A stretch of DNA of 64,000 nucleotides from Patescibacteria group bacterium (GCA_034678405.1 JAXDBW010000042.1:136-64135); one strand, 5' to 3'. Shown: positions 17,341-27,889, counted from the first letter of the stretch. Numbers and translations are program-made. The notes: generated by a model not told the origin, from the letters alone.

Positions 17341-19890
17341 TTATGCGTTGCGCTCACCGACCATTGGTCCTTGCGTCGCCGCCGGAGTCCCGAGTTTAGA
17401 TTTATCTGCAATCTCACTCTCGACCTGCACTCGATCTCGACCATACTTCATGCGAGAGAGTTCTATCAGTTGCTGCGCTCGCGCGGGGTCTCCCGGCTGC
17501 GGCGGATACGTCTGCATGGTAAATGGCTTGGATGCGGTGTTATTAATGAGGAGTTTCACCAGGGCAGTATACATATCGACATTGATGATGTCGTATTCAT
17601 TGAAGACCGGGTCAAACTCCTTCGCAAACGTCTCCGCATCCTCGACGCCCACCCGAAACATCACGACCGTCCCGGCATTACCAAAGACCGCATCCCGAAT
17701 CCGGGTATCGTTATTCTCGCGGACCAGCTGACTGATGTACTGATGTGCCATGGTGAGATTGAGGCGGTATTTCCGTGCTTCGGAGAGGATTGTCGCGATA
17801 CTATCCGTCACAAAATTTTGGAATTCATCAATATAGAGATAAAAATCACTACGCTGCTCCTCAGGGAGACTCACTCGCTTCATCGCGGCCATCTGAAGTT
17901 TCGAGACGATGATGAGGCCGAGGAGACTGCTGTTCACTTCCCCGGTCGTGCCCTTGGCGAGATTGATCAGGAGTATCTTTTTATTATTCATCACATCATC
18001 GAAGTTAAACCCCGACTTCGGCTGACCAATGATATTGCGCATCATCGCATTCTCCACAAACCGTCCTACTTTCGAAATGATGTAGCCGAGCATCTCTGAT
18101 TTATGAAAGTCTGACGTCTTCGCCATTTCCTTTTCCCAGAATGCCCGAACTACCGGGTCTTTTACCTTCGTCAGTTTATATTTCTGGAAGGCTGGATCAG
18201 TAAACATCCGGGGGATCTCAGCCAGCGTCCCCGGACTCTCAGTATCCTCCATCAGGGTCAGCATGACATTCCGCATATTATGCTCAAACATTGGACCGAT
18301 CATTTCCGGCGGGAAGAGCTTTTCAAAGATTGCGATCATTTCCTGCACTGCGAAATCTTTTTCCTCTGGCGTCTTCGCTTCGAGCATATTGAGGCCCAGA
18401 GGCCGTTCCATATCCGAGGGATTGAAATATATTACGTCATCAGCGCGCTCCTTCGGGATGTGCTCCATGACCGTGCTGACGAGATCACCATGCGGATCGA
18501 CGACCCCCACCCCTTTGCCATTCTGGATATCCTGAATAATCATATTTGAAAGGAGTACTGATTTCCCAACGCCCGACTTACCGATGACATACACATGGCG
18601 GCGGCGGTCGCTGTCTCCGATGCGGACCTGGACATCCTGTCCCCGAAACGGACTGTGGCCGAGGATGAGCCCCTCGGTCGGCATGTTCACTGGCGCAGGA
18701 GCTTTGCGCGAGGAGAGCCAGCGGATATTTGGTGTCTCCGTGATAGGTAATGGGAAATGATAGACGCTGGCCATTTCTTCAGCATTGAGAAGCATCGAAT
18801 GTTTTTCATTGAACCGGCGATATATATAGTCGTTAACAATCAAATCGGTATTGCGTCGATCACGACGCGAAAAGCCGTTGCCATACTCATACATATTATA
18901 CTGGCTAAAGGCATCCACTATATTTGTCAGATGGGCCTGGGCCCGCTCCCGACTCTGGGCAGACACGATGATGCGGATATTGACATCCATACCAGCTTTG
19001 GAGGTTTTCTCCTCAATACTCTTCGCGATTTCTTCGTCGCGAGCCGAGGGGGTATGGGCTTTGGCAAATTCGGTTTCCGATTCTTTCTTTGGGAAAAAAG
19101 TTCGGAATACCTCCATGAGTAGGGCGCGTGCACCACTATAGCCGATAGCCTCTTTGAGTGATTTGCCGTTATGGAGATCGCGGGCGACTCGTGCGCCAAA
19201 ATCATGCCAGGGCGCCTTTGCCGAGCGGGCGACATACTGAATGATAGCACTCTCACCGACTGGCACCTTGGACAGGACATTCGTGAGTGACTGCAGCGGA
19301 TCCACCTCAAGCTGGCGGTACGTCCGAATCGGAAAGATATACTCTTTTTTAAATTCAAGAGTAGTAGCGACTACCACACTCGTCGGAGTAAAGACATTGA
19401 AATCATCGACCGGATCTATATTTGCTCGCGGGTATTGTGCATGAATTTGCTGCTCCATGTATTCGCGCAGGTACCGCGGCACCGCGACATAAAACGAAAT
19501 CAATCCCTGAGTCGCAACTATCTCGAGAGCGAAATGGTCATTGCGGCCAGCTACTGCCGCCCCCATCCCCCGCTGGGCACGCATCCCCCCGAGTACCGAA
19601 AACCATGCTTCGGCTTCATTGAGCATATCCTGGATCCCCTGGACCGTATGCATCTGCTCACTGTCCTCTCCCATTTCTGACTCTTTTGGCACGGTGACGA
19701 GGAGCAATACTTTTTGCAAGGCATGCGGAAGTGACTTTTCACTCCGGAGACGCTTCTTGATAATGAAAAAAGCGGCCACCACCGTAATGATGATAGAGAC
19801 ACCGATGAGTACTATGGGAAAGGCGGCACTCTCGAGCGGATGCGCGAGTGCGTCTTTGAGCTGTGAAAAAATGTTGAGCTGCGGCGTCAT
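17341..19890 (-). CDS. VirD4/TraG-like coupling-protein-family ATPase with N-terminal TM
   Basis: [15 protein letters not shown] (Walker A), VDPHGD, LYIDEFQNF (Walker B) and EARKYRLNLTMAHQY. Confidence 0.9.
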   Translation of the reverse strand: MTPQLNIFSQLKDALAHPLESAAFPIVLIGVSIIITVVAAFFIIKKRLRSEKSLPHALQKVLLLVTVPKESEMGEDSEQMHTVQGIQDMLNEAEAWFSVLGGMRAQRGMGAAVAGRNDHFALEIVATQGLISFYVAVPRYLREYMEQQIHAQYPRANIDPVDDFNVFTPTSVVVATTLEFKKEYIFPIRTYRQLEVDPLQSLTNVLSKVPVGESAIIQYVARSAKAPWHDFGARVARDLHNGKSLKEAIGYSGARALLMEVFRTFFPKKESETEFAKAHTPSARDEEIAKSIEEKTSKAGMDVNIRIIVSAQSRERAQAHLTNIVDAFSQYNMYEYGNGFSRRDRRNTDLIVNDYIYRRFNEKHSMLLNAEEMASVYHFPLPITETPNIRWLSSRKAPAPVNMPTEGLILGHSPFRGQDVQVRIGDSDRRRHVYVIGKSGVGKSVLLSNMIIQDIQNGKGVGVVDPHGDLVSTVMEHIPKERADDVIYFNPSDMERPLGLNMLEAKTPEEKDFAVQEMIAIFEKLFPPEMIGPMFEHNMRNVMLTLMEDTESPGTLAEIPRMFTDPAFQKYKLTKVKDPVVRAFWEKEMAKTSDFHKSEMLGYIISKVGRFVENAMMRNIIGQPKSGFNFDDVMNNKKILLINLAKGTTGEVNSSLLGLIIVSKLQMAAMKRVSLPEEQRSDFYLYIDEFQNFVTDSIATILSEARKYRLNLTMAHQYISQLVRENNDTRIRDAVFGNAGTVVMFRVGVEDAETFAKEFDPVFNEYDIINVDMYTALVKLLINNTASKPFTMQTYPPQPGDPARAQQLIELSRMKYGRDRVQVESEIADKSKLGTPAATQGPMVGERNA

Positions 19891-19906
19891 GCCAGGGGCT
19901 CGGTGG

Positions 19907-20458
19907 TTATTGTTTTGGCTGCTGCTGTTCTCGCCAATTCAGGAGGCGGTCAGTTTTAATCTTCGCTTCCTGCTCGAGAAAAAATTTATTGACTCCCGGA
20001 ATCATCTGTAGCCACTCCTTAATCAGGTTGAGAATTTCGCGAACCTTCACTTTTGTTTCCTGGAGCAAAGTCTTTACTTCTCTGGCGGTTTCTTCCCCTT
20101 TTTGCTGAAATGCCATCTGTTGCTGCGGCGTCATGCCAGCGAATATTTCCTCAAGATGCTCAGACAACACATTCTCAATCTCGATTAAGATTGAATCCTT
20201 GGCTACCGGTGCTGGGGCAGCTGGCTGATTCTGGATGGCCGGTGGCGCTGCCTGTCGACGGGATTGTTCATCCTCAGTCCGCTGTTCCTCTGTCTGTTCT
20301 GGCTGTGTCTCGGGGCGGCGCTCCACTTCGCGCTGCTGCTCAGGTGGTTGCGGCACTTCAGGGGTGGGGCGTGCATCAGGTGACTTTTCAAAATCAAAAA
20401 TATCTTCCACTTCAGGGGACGCTTTCTGTTCTGACTGATTTTTGTTTACTTCGACCAT
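19907..20458 (-). CDS. Conserved hypothetical protein upstream of the VirD4-like ATPase
   Basis: Low-complexity Q/E/P N-half; helical C-half ending WLQMIPGVNKFFLEQEAKIKTD. Confidence 0.75.
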   Translation of the reverse strand: MVEVNKNQSEQKASPEVEDIFDFEKSPDARPTPEVPQPPEQQREVERRPETQPEQTEEQRTEDEQSRRQAAPPAIQNQPAAPAPVAKDSILIEIENVLSEHLEEIFAGMTPQQQMAFQQKGEETAREVKTLLQETKVKVREILNLIKEWLQMIPGVNKFFLEQEAKIKTDRLLNWREQQQPKQ

Positions 20459-20552
20459 TAATAACAGGTGATGGTTTTTTAAGCTATTCATATTATATCA
20501 TTTTTTCTATAAAAAATCAATCCCTCACTTTAAACTAATAAGGTGAGGAATT

Positions 20553-20573
20553 GCCCTGAGCTTGCCGAAGGGC
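20553..20573. repeat. Short REP-like palindrome (GCCCTGAGCTTGCCGAAGGGC)
   Basis: Same family as the 14288-14312 insertion. Confidence 0.6.
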
Positions 20574-20740
20574 CTCATATCCTATTCAACTACAGACTAA
20601 ATAGAGCCAATCTTAGCCAAGAGTTATTGCCCCAGATATGCACATCTCGCCCCTTGACACAGGTGCCATACCATGATAGTATGTCCCGTTACGCTTGTTT
20701 AGGAGAGAAAGAAACAATTCATAGATCTAGGAGGTCTGCA

Positions 20741-21205
20741 ATGCGTTCACTGAACATCGCCGCTCTTTTGATTGCCACCGTTGCGGTTGCGCTGGGCACC
20801 ACTGGCTGCGACCTGAAACGGATTGTCGGTTCGTCCCCCTACGCCGATGGGAACTATGTTCTCCTCGAGTCGAAGGGTGAGGTGTACGACAACAACGCCT
20901 TCATCGACCTGAACGAAGCCCCGCAAAATGGCTACATGCAAATCAAGGGGTTTGTCCATGTCGAGGGTGGGTATACGCTGGTGACAGCTCAAATCAAGAT
21001 CGGCGGACAGTCGTGGCAGAACTTCCCGAACATCGAAGGGAAGTTCAAACCCTACATCGACTATTCGAACAACCACTCGGATAGCGAGGTCGACGTCCAG
21101 ATCCGGTTCCGGTTTGGATATAGGGACCAGTACAACGCCGCCCACACCACCGACTTCTACTACGCCAACTACCGGCTGTGGCACAATCCCTACCATCTGG
21201 AATAG
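20741..21205 (+). CDS. Putative lipoprotein
   Basis: Promoter TTGACA(20654)-17-TAGTAT, AGGAGG SD, signal peptide ending LGTTGC, terminator near 21250-21288. Confidence 0.75.
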   Translation: MRSLNIAALLIATVAVALGTTGCDLKRIVGSSPYADGNYVLLESKGEVYDNNAFIDLNEAPQNGYMQIKGFVHVEGGYTLVTAQIKIGGQSWQNFPNIEGKFKPYIDYSNNHSDSEVDVQIRFRFGYRDQYNAAHTTDFYYANYRLWHNPYHLE

Positions 21206-21348
21206 ATGGTACGAACAGTCGTTGGAGCGTGGCAGCGCACAACCATTTGGCGCACGTATGATACAACTCAGCGTGCGCCTCTTTTTTATCCCTTGAAAAA
21301 TACAGAAAAATGTGTTACACTATAGATAATCCAACATAAAAATCATCC

Positions 21349-22290
21349 ATGACGGAACTTTCACCCGCTTCAACCTCTCTCCTTCTCATCCTCGTCGTTC
21401 TCGGCGTGGTTATCTTTTGGTTATATCGGATGAACCTGAAAGCCAGATCAAACTTCGGCGTACTGAAACTCTATGCCAAGGATTTAACCGCTCTGGCTCA
21501 GCAAAAAAAACTTGACCCGGTGATCGGCCGCGAGCATGAAATTGAACGCGTTATCCAGATCCTCTCCCGCCGGACGAAGAACAACCCCGTGCTCATCGGC
21601 AAATCCGGCGTCGGCAAGACGGCCATCGTGGAGGGCCTTGCACAAAAGGTAGCCGACGGTAGCGTCACGTCGGCGCTCGAAAATAAAAAAGTATTACAGC
21701 TGGATCTGAGCGGTCTCGTCGCCGGCACCAAATACCGCGGTGAGTTTGAAAAACGATTGAAGTCACTCGTCGATGAAATTATTGCCGCGAAGCGATCAAT
21801 TATTTTATTTATTGATGAGATTCATAGCCTCGCTGAGGCTGGAGAAGCGACCGGTGCGATTAACGCGGCAGACATCCTGAAACCGGCCCTCTCCCGCGGA
21901 GACCTCCAAATGATCGGCGCGACCACTCCCGAGGAATACAAAACCTATGTCGAACATGACCAAACCCTCGAGCGTCGTTTCCAGCCAGTGAGTATCGAGG
22001 AGGTGTCGAAAGAGCAAACCCTCGCCATCCTCAAAGGAATCCGTCCTCAGTACGAAGAGCACCACCAGCTGAAGATCACTGACGCCGCCCTGGAGCGAGC
22101 CATCACTCTCGCGGACGAGCATGTCCATGATCGATTTTTTCCTGACAAAGCGATTGATCTCATGGATGAGGCGGCTGCCCTCGTGAAATTACGCAGTATT
22201 AAGGATGGTAATGCGCATCTCCAAGTCGAACCGCAAGACATCGAAACCATCCTCAATGAGTGGAAAGAAGAAGGGATCGAAGCATCATAA
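21349..22290 (+). CDS. Membrane-anchored single-domain Clp/Hsp100 ATPase (ClpB/C NBD1 only)
   Basis: N-terminal TM; [45 protein letters not shown] and [12 protein letters not shown]; ends before M-domain/NBD2. Confidence 0.9.
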   Translation: MTELSPASTSLLLILVVLGVVIFWLYRMNLKARSNFGVLKLYAKDLTALAQQKKLDPVIGREHEIERVIQILSRRTKNNPVLIGKSGVGKTAIVEGLAQKVADGSVTSALENKKVLQLDLSGLVAGTKYRGEFEKRLKSLVDEIIAAKRSIILFIDEIHSLAEAGEATGAINAADILKPALSRGDLQMIGATTPEEYKTYVEHDQTLERRFQPVSIEEVSKEQTLAILKGIRPQYEEHHQLKITDAALERAITLADEHVHDRFFPDKAIDLMDEAAALVKLRSIKDGNAHLQVEPQDIETILNEWKEEGIEAS

Positions 22291-22306
22291 GTAATCACGC
22301 GAGCAG

Positions 22307-23185
22307 ATGTCAGGTCTCCTCCTGGTCATCATCGGGTCAATCATCTACCCGTTCATAGACGTATTTAAGAAGAAGGCCACCGCCCACTACAGTGTGGGGG
22401 TTATTTTTTGGTTAGTGGCGCTCTGTGAAGTGCCCTTCTATATCGTACTCATCCTCTGGCTGGGGATCCCGGAGATAGACGCGAGCTTTTGGTGGATTGT
22501 CGGCATCAATACACCGATCCTGATTATTACCAATGTCCTCCTGATCAAAGACGAAAAGATCGCGCCGCTTTCGACCACACTCCCCCTGCTTTCCTTTACC
22601 CCCGTCTTCCTCATCTTCACGTCATATTTTTTCCTCGGCGAATTACCGAATGCCTACGGCGTCATCGGCATCTTCCTCGTGGTACTCGGCGCTATCCTGC
22701 TGAAGGGCGAAGATCTACGGAACGGCCTGCGAAGCCGGATGCGTCACATCTTCTCGCAGCGCTCGAGTCTCTATATCCTCGTCATTGCGTTTCTCTGGAG
22801 CTTCAGCGCGAATTTCGTAAAGATCGCGGCCGAGGCGAGCTCGGCGTGGTTTTACCTCGCTGTCACGGTGGCCCTGGAGGCGCTCTTCATGACTGTTTGG
22901 ATGGCCTTCCGTCATGGCAAACGCACTGTCGGAAAAATCAAAGGACATATCCCTCTCCTAGTCGGGGCGGCAGTGTTCTCTGTCGCGGCGGATGTTATCT
23001 TTTTGATAGGGCTTGAGCATACGTTTGTCTCCTACGCTATCGCCATCAAGCGCGGCCTCCTCATCGTCGGCAGTATCGCACTCGGCGCAGCATTCTTCCG
23101 TGAACGCAATATCCGATACCGAATCGGTGGGGCACTGGTGATGGCCATCGGCCTTCTCTTCATCCTCGTCTTTGGCGCGAGCTAG
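22307..23185 (+). CDS. EamA/DMT family transporter
   Basis: About 10 TM helices, PLS..LP.LSFTPVF motif, C-terminal F.E motif. Confidence 0.85.
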   Translation: MSGLLLVIIGSIIYPFIDVFKKKATAHYSVGVIFWLVALCEVPFYIVLILWLGIPEIDASFWWIVGINTPILIITNVLLIKDEKIAPLSTTLPLLSFTPVFLIFTSYFFLGELPNAYGVIGIFLVVLGAILLKGEDLRNGLRSRMRHIFSQRSSLYILVIAFLWSFSANFVKIAAEASSAWFYLAVTVALEALFMTVWMAFRHGKRTVGKIKGHIPLLVGAAVFSVAADVIFLIGLEHTFVSYAIAIKRGLLIVGSIALGAAFFRERNIRYRIGGALVMAIGLLFILVFGAS

Positions 23186-23306
23186 ACGCCGTTGACAGTA
23201 CCCCAGCGGCATGGTACGATTGCGGCGGAAATTTTCTCTATACATAATACATACCGTCCTTTGTGTACTCACCCTAAACCCTTCACCTCTGTCCGGGAGG
23301 CCTTTT

Positions 23307-23621
23307 ATGGCTGAACCAAAAAAGGTGAATAACGGCAATGTGTTTGACACACAGGCTGATGGATCGGTCATCTCAAAATTGGTCGGCACATTTACACCCA
23401 GCGTAACCATCGGGGAGTATGTCCGTATTAATGACATGCTCGGCACCGTCTCCACGCTCGGAACGGATCATGAGGTGTTTGCTGAAATAGCCGGCTATAT
23501 CACAGTAGTGGGGGTATCTGATGATCATCCGATTGAATTCGGCCAAATACTCATCGTGATCACTCCGAGCGATACGCCGCCACCTCCGACGAACAGCCGT
23601 GTCAAAAAAACAGAACCCTAA
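23307..23621 (+). CDS. Biotin/lipoyl-carrier-fold protein lacking the acceptor lysine
   Basis: SKLVGTF..VTIGE.V...LGTV-STLGT-DHEVFAEIAG.I....V.D..PIEFGQ.L; promoter TTGACA(23192)-17-TACGAT, GGGAGG SD, terminator 23645-23678. Confidence 0.7.
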   Translation: MAEPKKVNNGNVFDTQADGSVISKLVGTFTPSVTIGEYVRINDMLGTVSTLGTDHEVFAEIAGYITVVGVSDDHPIEFGQILIVITPSDTPPPPTNSRVKKTEP

Positions 23622-23718
23622 GACCGTTATTCATACCATAGACACGGGATGTAGCAGCAGCTACATCCCGTCTTTTTTCGTTGCGAAAGCGTAGAAAACC
23701 AGCTACAATACAGCTACT

Positions 23719-25263
23719 ATGCTGTCACTATTTAATACACTCCACCGGACAAAAGAACCGTTTACCCCCCTGTCGGATAATCACGTCGGGCTCTATACCT
23801 GTGGCCCGACAGTCTATAACTATGCCCATATCGGCAACCTCCGGACGTACCTCTTCGAGGACATTCTGAAACGTGTCCTGCGCGCTGACGGCTATGATGT
23901 CACGCACGTCATGAACATAACTGATGTCGGTCATCTGACGGATGATGCTGATCGCGGAGAGGACAAGATGGAGAAAAGCGCGGCAAAAGAAGGTAAAACT
24001 GTCTGGGACGTCGCGGAGCATTATACCCAGGCATTCAAAAAAAACATGCATGAACTCAATATCTCTGAGCCAGACATCTGGGCGAAAGCCACCGACCATA
24101 TCCAGGAGCAGATCGACTGGATCAGGCGACTTGAGCAAAAGGGCTTCACGTACCAGACGAGTGATGGCGTGTATTTCGATACCAGCAAGCTCAATGACTA
24201 TGGTAAGCTCTCCGGTCAAAATCGCGCCGAGCTCTCCGAGGGTATCCGCGTCGAGAAAAACGACGAAAAGAAAAACCCGACTGACTTCGCGCTCTGGAAA
24301 TTCTCACCGCAAGACGTGAAACGCCAAATGGAATGGAACTCGCCCTGGGGCATTGGGTTCCCCGGCTGGCACCTCGAGTGCTCAGTCATGGCGAGTAAAT
24401 ATCTCGGGGAGCAGTTTGACATCCACTGCGGTGGGATTGACCACATCCCCATCCACCATACCAATGAGATTGCTCAGACTGAAGCGGTCACGGGCAAGGA
24501 CTTCGTGAAGTATTGGCTGCATGGCGAATTCCTGGTCCTGAAAGATGAAGACCCACTCTCGGGGATCAAACTAATTAACACAACAATGATCTGCGAAATT
24601 TGTGGCCACAATAATTTTTTCCCTGACCAGAAAAAATTCAAATTTAAAAATAAAGACGGTTACAAGTTTATCTACGCAGAATGTGAGAAATGTCATGCGG
24701 AAATGAGCTTTGGAGTTAGAAAAATGGCAAAGTCCGCAGGGAACTTCATCACTCTCGAGACCCTGAAGAGCAAAGGCTATGACCCACTTGCCTACCGCTT
24801 CTTTAATCTCGGTACGCACTATCGCAAACCGCTCACCTTCACCTGGGAAGCGATCGAGTCGGCTCAGCACGCCTATGACAATGTCATGGCTATCGCAGCA
24901 GACCTCGGCGAGCCGAAGATTGGCTGTGCTGAATTTGAGGAGAAATTTATGCACGCACTGAATGATGATCTGAATACGCCGCAAGCGCTAGCAGTCATGT
25001 GGGACCTACTAAAATCCGACTACCCGCCTGCTGCCAAAAAAGCCTCACTACTGAAATTTGATGAAATCCTCGGCCTGGACCTGGCCAGCGCCAAACCAAT
25101 CGATGTGCCTGCTGCCATACGCGAGTTAGTCTCGAAGCGTGAGCAGCTCCGCACCGACAAACAATACGACGAGGCTGATACACTCCGAGATGAGATTGCT
25201 GCCGCAGGATTTATCGTCGAAGACACCCCCGCTGGCTCGGTTCTGAAAAAGTTAAAATCATAA
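23719..25263 (+). CDS. cysS: Cysteine--tRNA ligase with an internal zinc-ribbon insertion
   Basis: [31 protein letters not shown] and KMAKS motifs. Confidence 0.97.
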   Translation: MLSLFNTLHRTKEPFTPLSDNHVGLYTCGPTVYNYAHIGNLRTYLFEDILKRVLRADGYDVTHVMNITDVGHLTDDADRGEDKMEKSAAKEGKTVWDVAEHYTQAFKKNMHELNISEPDIWAKATDHIQEQIDWIRRLEQKGFTYQTSDGVYFDTSKLNDYGKLSGQNRAELSEGIRVEKNDEKKNPTDFALWKFSPQDVKRQMEWNSPWGIGFPGWHLECSVMASKYLGEQFDIHCGGIDHIPIHHTNEIAQTEAVTGKDFVKYWLHGEFLVLKDEDPLSGIKLINTTMICEICGHNNFFPDQKKFKFKNKDGYKFIYAECEKCHAEMSFGVRKMAKSAGNFITLETLKSKGYDPLAYRFFNLGTHYRKPLTFTWEAIESAQHAYDNVMAIAADLGEPKIGCAEFEEKFMHALNDDLNTPQALAVMWDLLKSDYPPAAKKASLLKFDEILGLDLASAKPIDVPAAIRELVSKREQLRTDKQYDEADTLRDEIAAAGFIVEDTPAGSVLKKLKS

Positions 25264-25457
25264 GCCCTCTGTGAGAAATTGGGTCTGGGATTTTCCTGAG
25301 CCCATCCTATACTGAGTAAAGCGTTTGATAGCACCTCGCGAATAAAATCCCAGCGTCTCTTTTCCGTTGCTTTTCTGGACGAGCAGAAAAGCAACAAAAC
25401 GCTTGGTCACTCGAAAAGTAGCGAAGATATTTACGAACAAAAAGGGACAAAAAAACT

Positions 25458-26333
25458 ATGCTCGGTTTCTTCCTCGCTATTACCGCCTCGCTGCTCTTCG
25501 CGGCGCGGGACAGCCTCAATAAATACGTCAGTACCAATACTTCGCCCCTCTTCGTCTACTGGGCGGTGGTGTTGTTTTCCTTACCGGTATTTACGGTCGG
25601 CGTTCTAATCCAGGGCATCCCGCCGCTCGACAGCGGCATCTTTTGGCTGATGGTGGCTCTGGGGGTGCCATTCTATGTCACCACCAGTGTCCTCCTGATT
25701 CGCGCTATGCAAATCTCCCCGCTCTCCCTCACCCTACCCTTCCTCGGGTTCAGCCCAGTATTCCTCCTCTTCACCTCATGGATTATTCTCGGACAGGTGC
25801 CCAGCCACTGGGGCATCATCGGTGTGGTCTTGGTGACGCTCGGTGCCTATTTTATCCATTTTCAGGGACGGCGCGCGGGATGGATGGCGCCGCTCCAGGC
25901 TATCAGACATGAGCGTGGCTCATGGTATGTCATCATCGTCGCGCTGATCTGGAGCATCACGGCAAATTTTGATAAAATCGCGCTCGATCACTCGACGCCG
26001 CTGTCATATCTATTTATATATAGTGTGGTCTCACTCGTAGCGTTGACTATAGCCCTGGCCTGGCGGAGAGAATTGCACAGCGTCAGAACGCTGCGTGTCC
26101 ATCCTATAGCCCTACCATTGACCGGCCTGATCACCGGCTTTGCGACCCTACTGCAAATGATGGCAATCCAGCTCATCATCGTACCCTATGTCATCACTAT
26201 CAAGCGGGCCGGCTCTATCCTCGGCGGAATCGCGATTGGTGCTGCGTACTTCCGTGAACCGGGCTTCCGCCGCCGTTTTGGCGCTGGACTGGTGATGCTT
26301 GCGGGCGTAGCCTTGATACTCATCTTTGGATAG
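25458..26333 (+). CDS. EamA/DMT family transporter (paralog of 22307-23185)
   Basis: About 10 TM helices; SPLSLTLPFLGFSPVF and IKR..S..GG motifs. Confidence 0.85.
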   Translation: MLGFFLAITASLLFAARDSLNKYVSTNTSPLFVYWAVVLFSLPVFTVGVLIQGIPPLDSGIFWLMVALGVPFYVTTSVLLIRAMQISPLSLTLPFLGFSPVFLLFTSWIILGQVPSHWGIIGVVLVTLGAYFIHFQGRRAGWMAPLQAIRHERGSWYVIIVALIWSITANFDKIALDHSTPLSYLFIYSVVSLVALTIALAWRRELHSVRTLRVHPIALPLTGLITGFATLLQMMAIQLIIVPYVITIKRAGSILGGIAIGAAYFREPGFRRRFGAGLVMLAGVALILIFG

Positions 26334-26427
26334 CGAAACAGCCCTCGCATCTTTACAAACGGCTGTTTTTTTGCTATACTTAAGGAAATAAAACAAAAAT
26401 CACCATTAATATATAAGGTTTACGAGT

Positions 26428-27354
26428 ATGGAACAACCCCAACTCACCCAAACCATGACCAAACAGGCTGTAGATACCTCGACACGGCTGGTTTTAGGTA
26501 TTGGCATGATCAGCGCTTTCGCCGTCGGCATCAGTCTGTCCATGGCACTACTCAATATAAATCTCCTTGCTGAGGAGGCGCCAGAAATCATTACACTCAA
26601 AAAACCGTTCAAAGTATCGGATATCTGGGATGGGGCGCTGACGACAGATGCACAGTATAATAACAACCTCGTCCTCTATGCTACGGATAGCGTGCATAAC
26701 CCCGGATACCAGGAACCGCTGGGTAAATTTTTCCTGCATGAATATCAAGATGGATCTGCCTATGCCTCTACCTATCGGCTCGCCATAAGTAATGATGATG
26801 CATATATCGCCGGTGGTTCGCATGCATCGATCGCCACAATCCTGACTGGCACGGGAGTGCACACCCTCTGCGTCCCTCCTGCACTGGATGATCCCTACGT
26901 GTGGTTTGACGCCAACGGGAATCCATATGATGACTATGATTTGTCAGGTAATGCCCTGACTGACTGTGTCTCCGTCAAAAACCGTGCTTACGCACCTTAT
27001 ATTATCGATTCAGCTACTATCAATCAACCATATGAATCAAATAGCCAGATAGTGGAGCTGAAAAAGGATGGCGCGGTTTTGGCCGCGGTTGTGGATGGAC
27101 AGGTCGAAACCTATAGCTCCTCAGAAACGCTCCACGGTGGCGCACCCCTATATGTCAGTCTCGAGACGACTGATATCCCCCGGCTGCTACCGAGCCGTAC
27201 TATCCAAGTGATCTCGGGCGGTATTCAGACGCTCTGTATCCCACCGACCAACATCAGCAATACGCCCACACAGTATTATTTTAATTCCGACGGGTGGCCG
27301 TATCGTGACCCACTCCTCACCCAGAGCGTCCGCTGCGTGAAAGCAATCATGTAG
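26428..27354 (+). CDS. Membrane-anchored extracellular protein with two tandem homologous domains
   Basis: N-terminal TM; GVHTLCVPP..WFDANGNPY versus GIQTLCIPP..YFNSDGWPY. Confidence 0.7.
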   Translation: MEQPQLTQTMTKQAVDTSTRLVLGIGMISAFAVGISLSMALLNINLLAEEAPEIITLKKPFKVSDIWDGALTTDAQYNNNLVLYATDSVHNPGYQEPLGKFFLHEYQDGSAYASTYRLAISNDDAYIAGGSHASIATILTGTGVHTLCVPPALDDPYVWFDANGNPYDDYDLSGNALTDCVSVKNRAYAPYIIDSATINQPYESNSQIVELKKDGAVLAAVVDGQVETYSSSETLHGGAPLYVSLETTDIPRLLPSRTIQVISGGIQTLCIPPTNISNTPTQYYFNSDGWPYRDPLLTQSVRCVKAIM

Positions 27355-27418
27355 TACATACGCGCATGCACGAAACCCCGACTCATCCGAGCCGGGGTTT
27401 TTGGTATGTCATAGTAAA

Positions 27419-27889
27419 CTAACCGTAAAATCCCAAACGCTGATACCAATGCGGTGGATAGGTTTCCTGCGGAGGGAGCTGCTGATCAGTGTCATCCGCA
27501 CTGATAGATATGCGCTCAGCCGGAAAATCAGCATTGACCAGAAATATAAAGGTAGCCGGACCGCGGCCGATATATGTAGCAAACGCAGCGGTGTGGTCGG
27601 CATCAGAGGACACATAGCCATAGTAATCCACTCCGGAATAGTGGAGCAGTGGAATGCCCAACCGAAACCCGACTAATGCCGTAAACGGCTGATCAGCCCG
27701 CAGTACGATAGTGCGCATCCCTCGCCGGCCGGTCGACCCTGGATAGGTCCATTCACGTGTCTGACTCGAAGCGTCAGTAAATTTCTGTAAGTATGTAAAC
27801 TTCCGGAGGTGTTCCCGTCCGAGGAAATGCACAAGAGCCAGCAGCAATACACAAATGATGCTGAGAAAAATGATTATCCCCATATACAA
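27419..27889 (-). CDS. Hypothetical protein with N-terminal TM
   Basis: Hydrophobic N-terminus; operonic with the upstream gene. Confidence 0.65.
   Translation of the reverse strand: MYMGIIIFLSIICVLLLALVHFLGREHLRKFTYLQKFTDASSQTREWTYPGSTGRRGMRTIVLRADQPFTALVGFRLGIPLLHYSGVDYYGYVSSDADHTAAFATYIGRGPATFIFLVNADFPAERISISADDTDQQLPPQETYPPHWYQRLGFYG

Noticed and set aside
17341-19890. Conjugative element/ICE
   Set aside because: No relaxase, integrase, oriT or att repeats; embedded among housekeeping genes.
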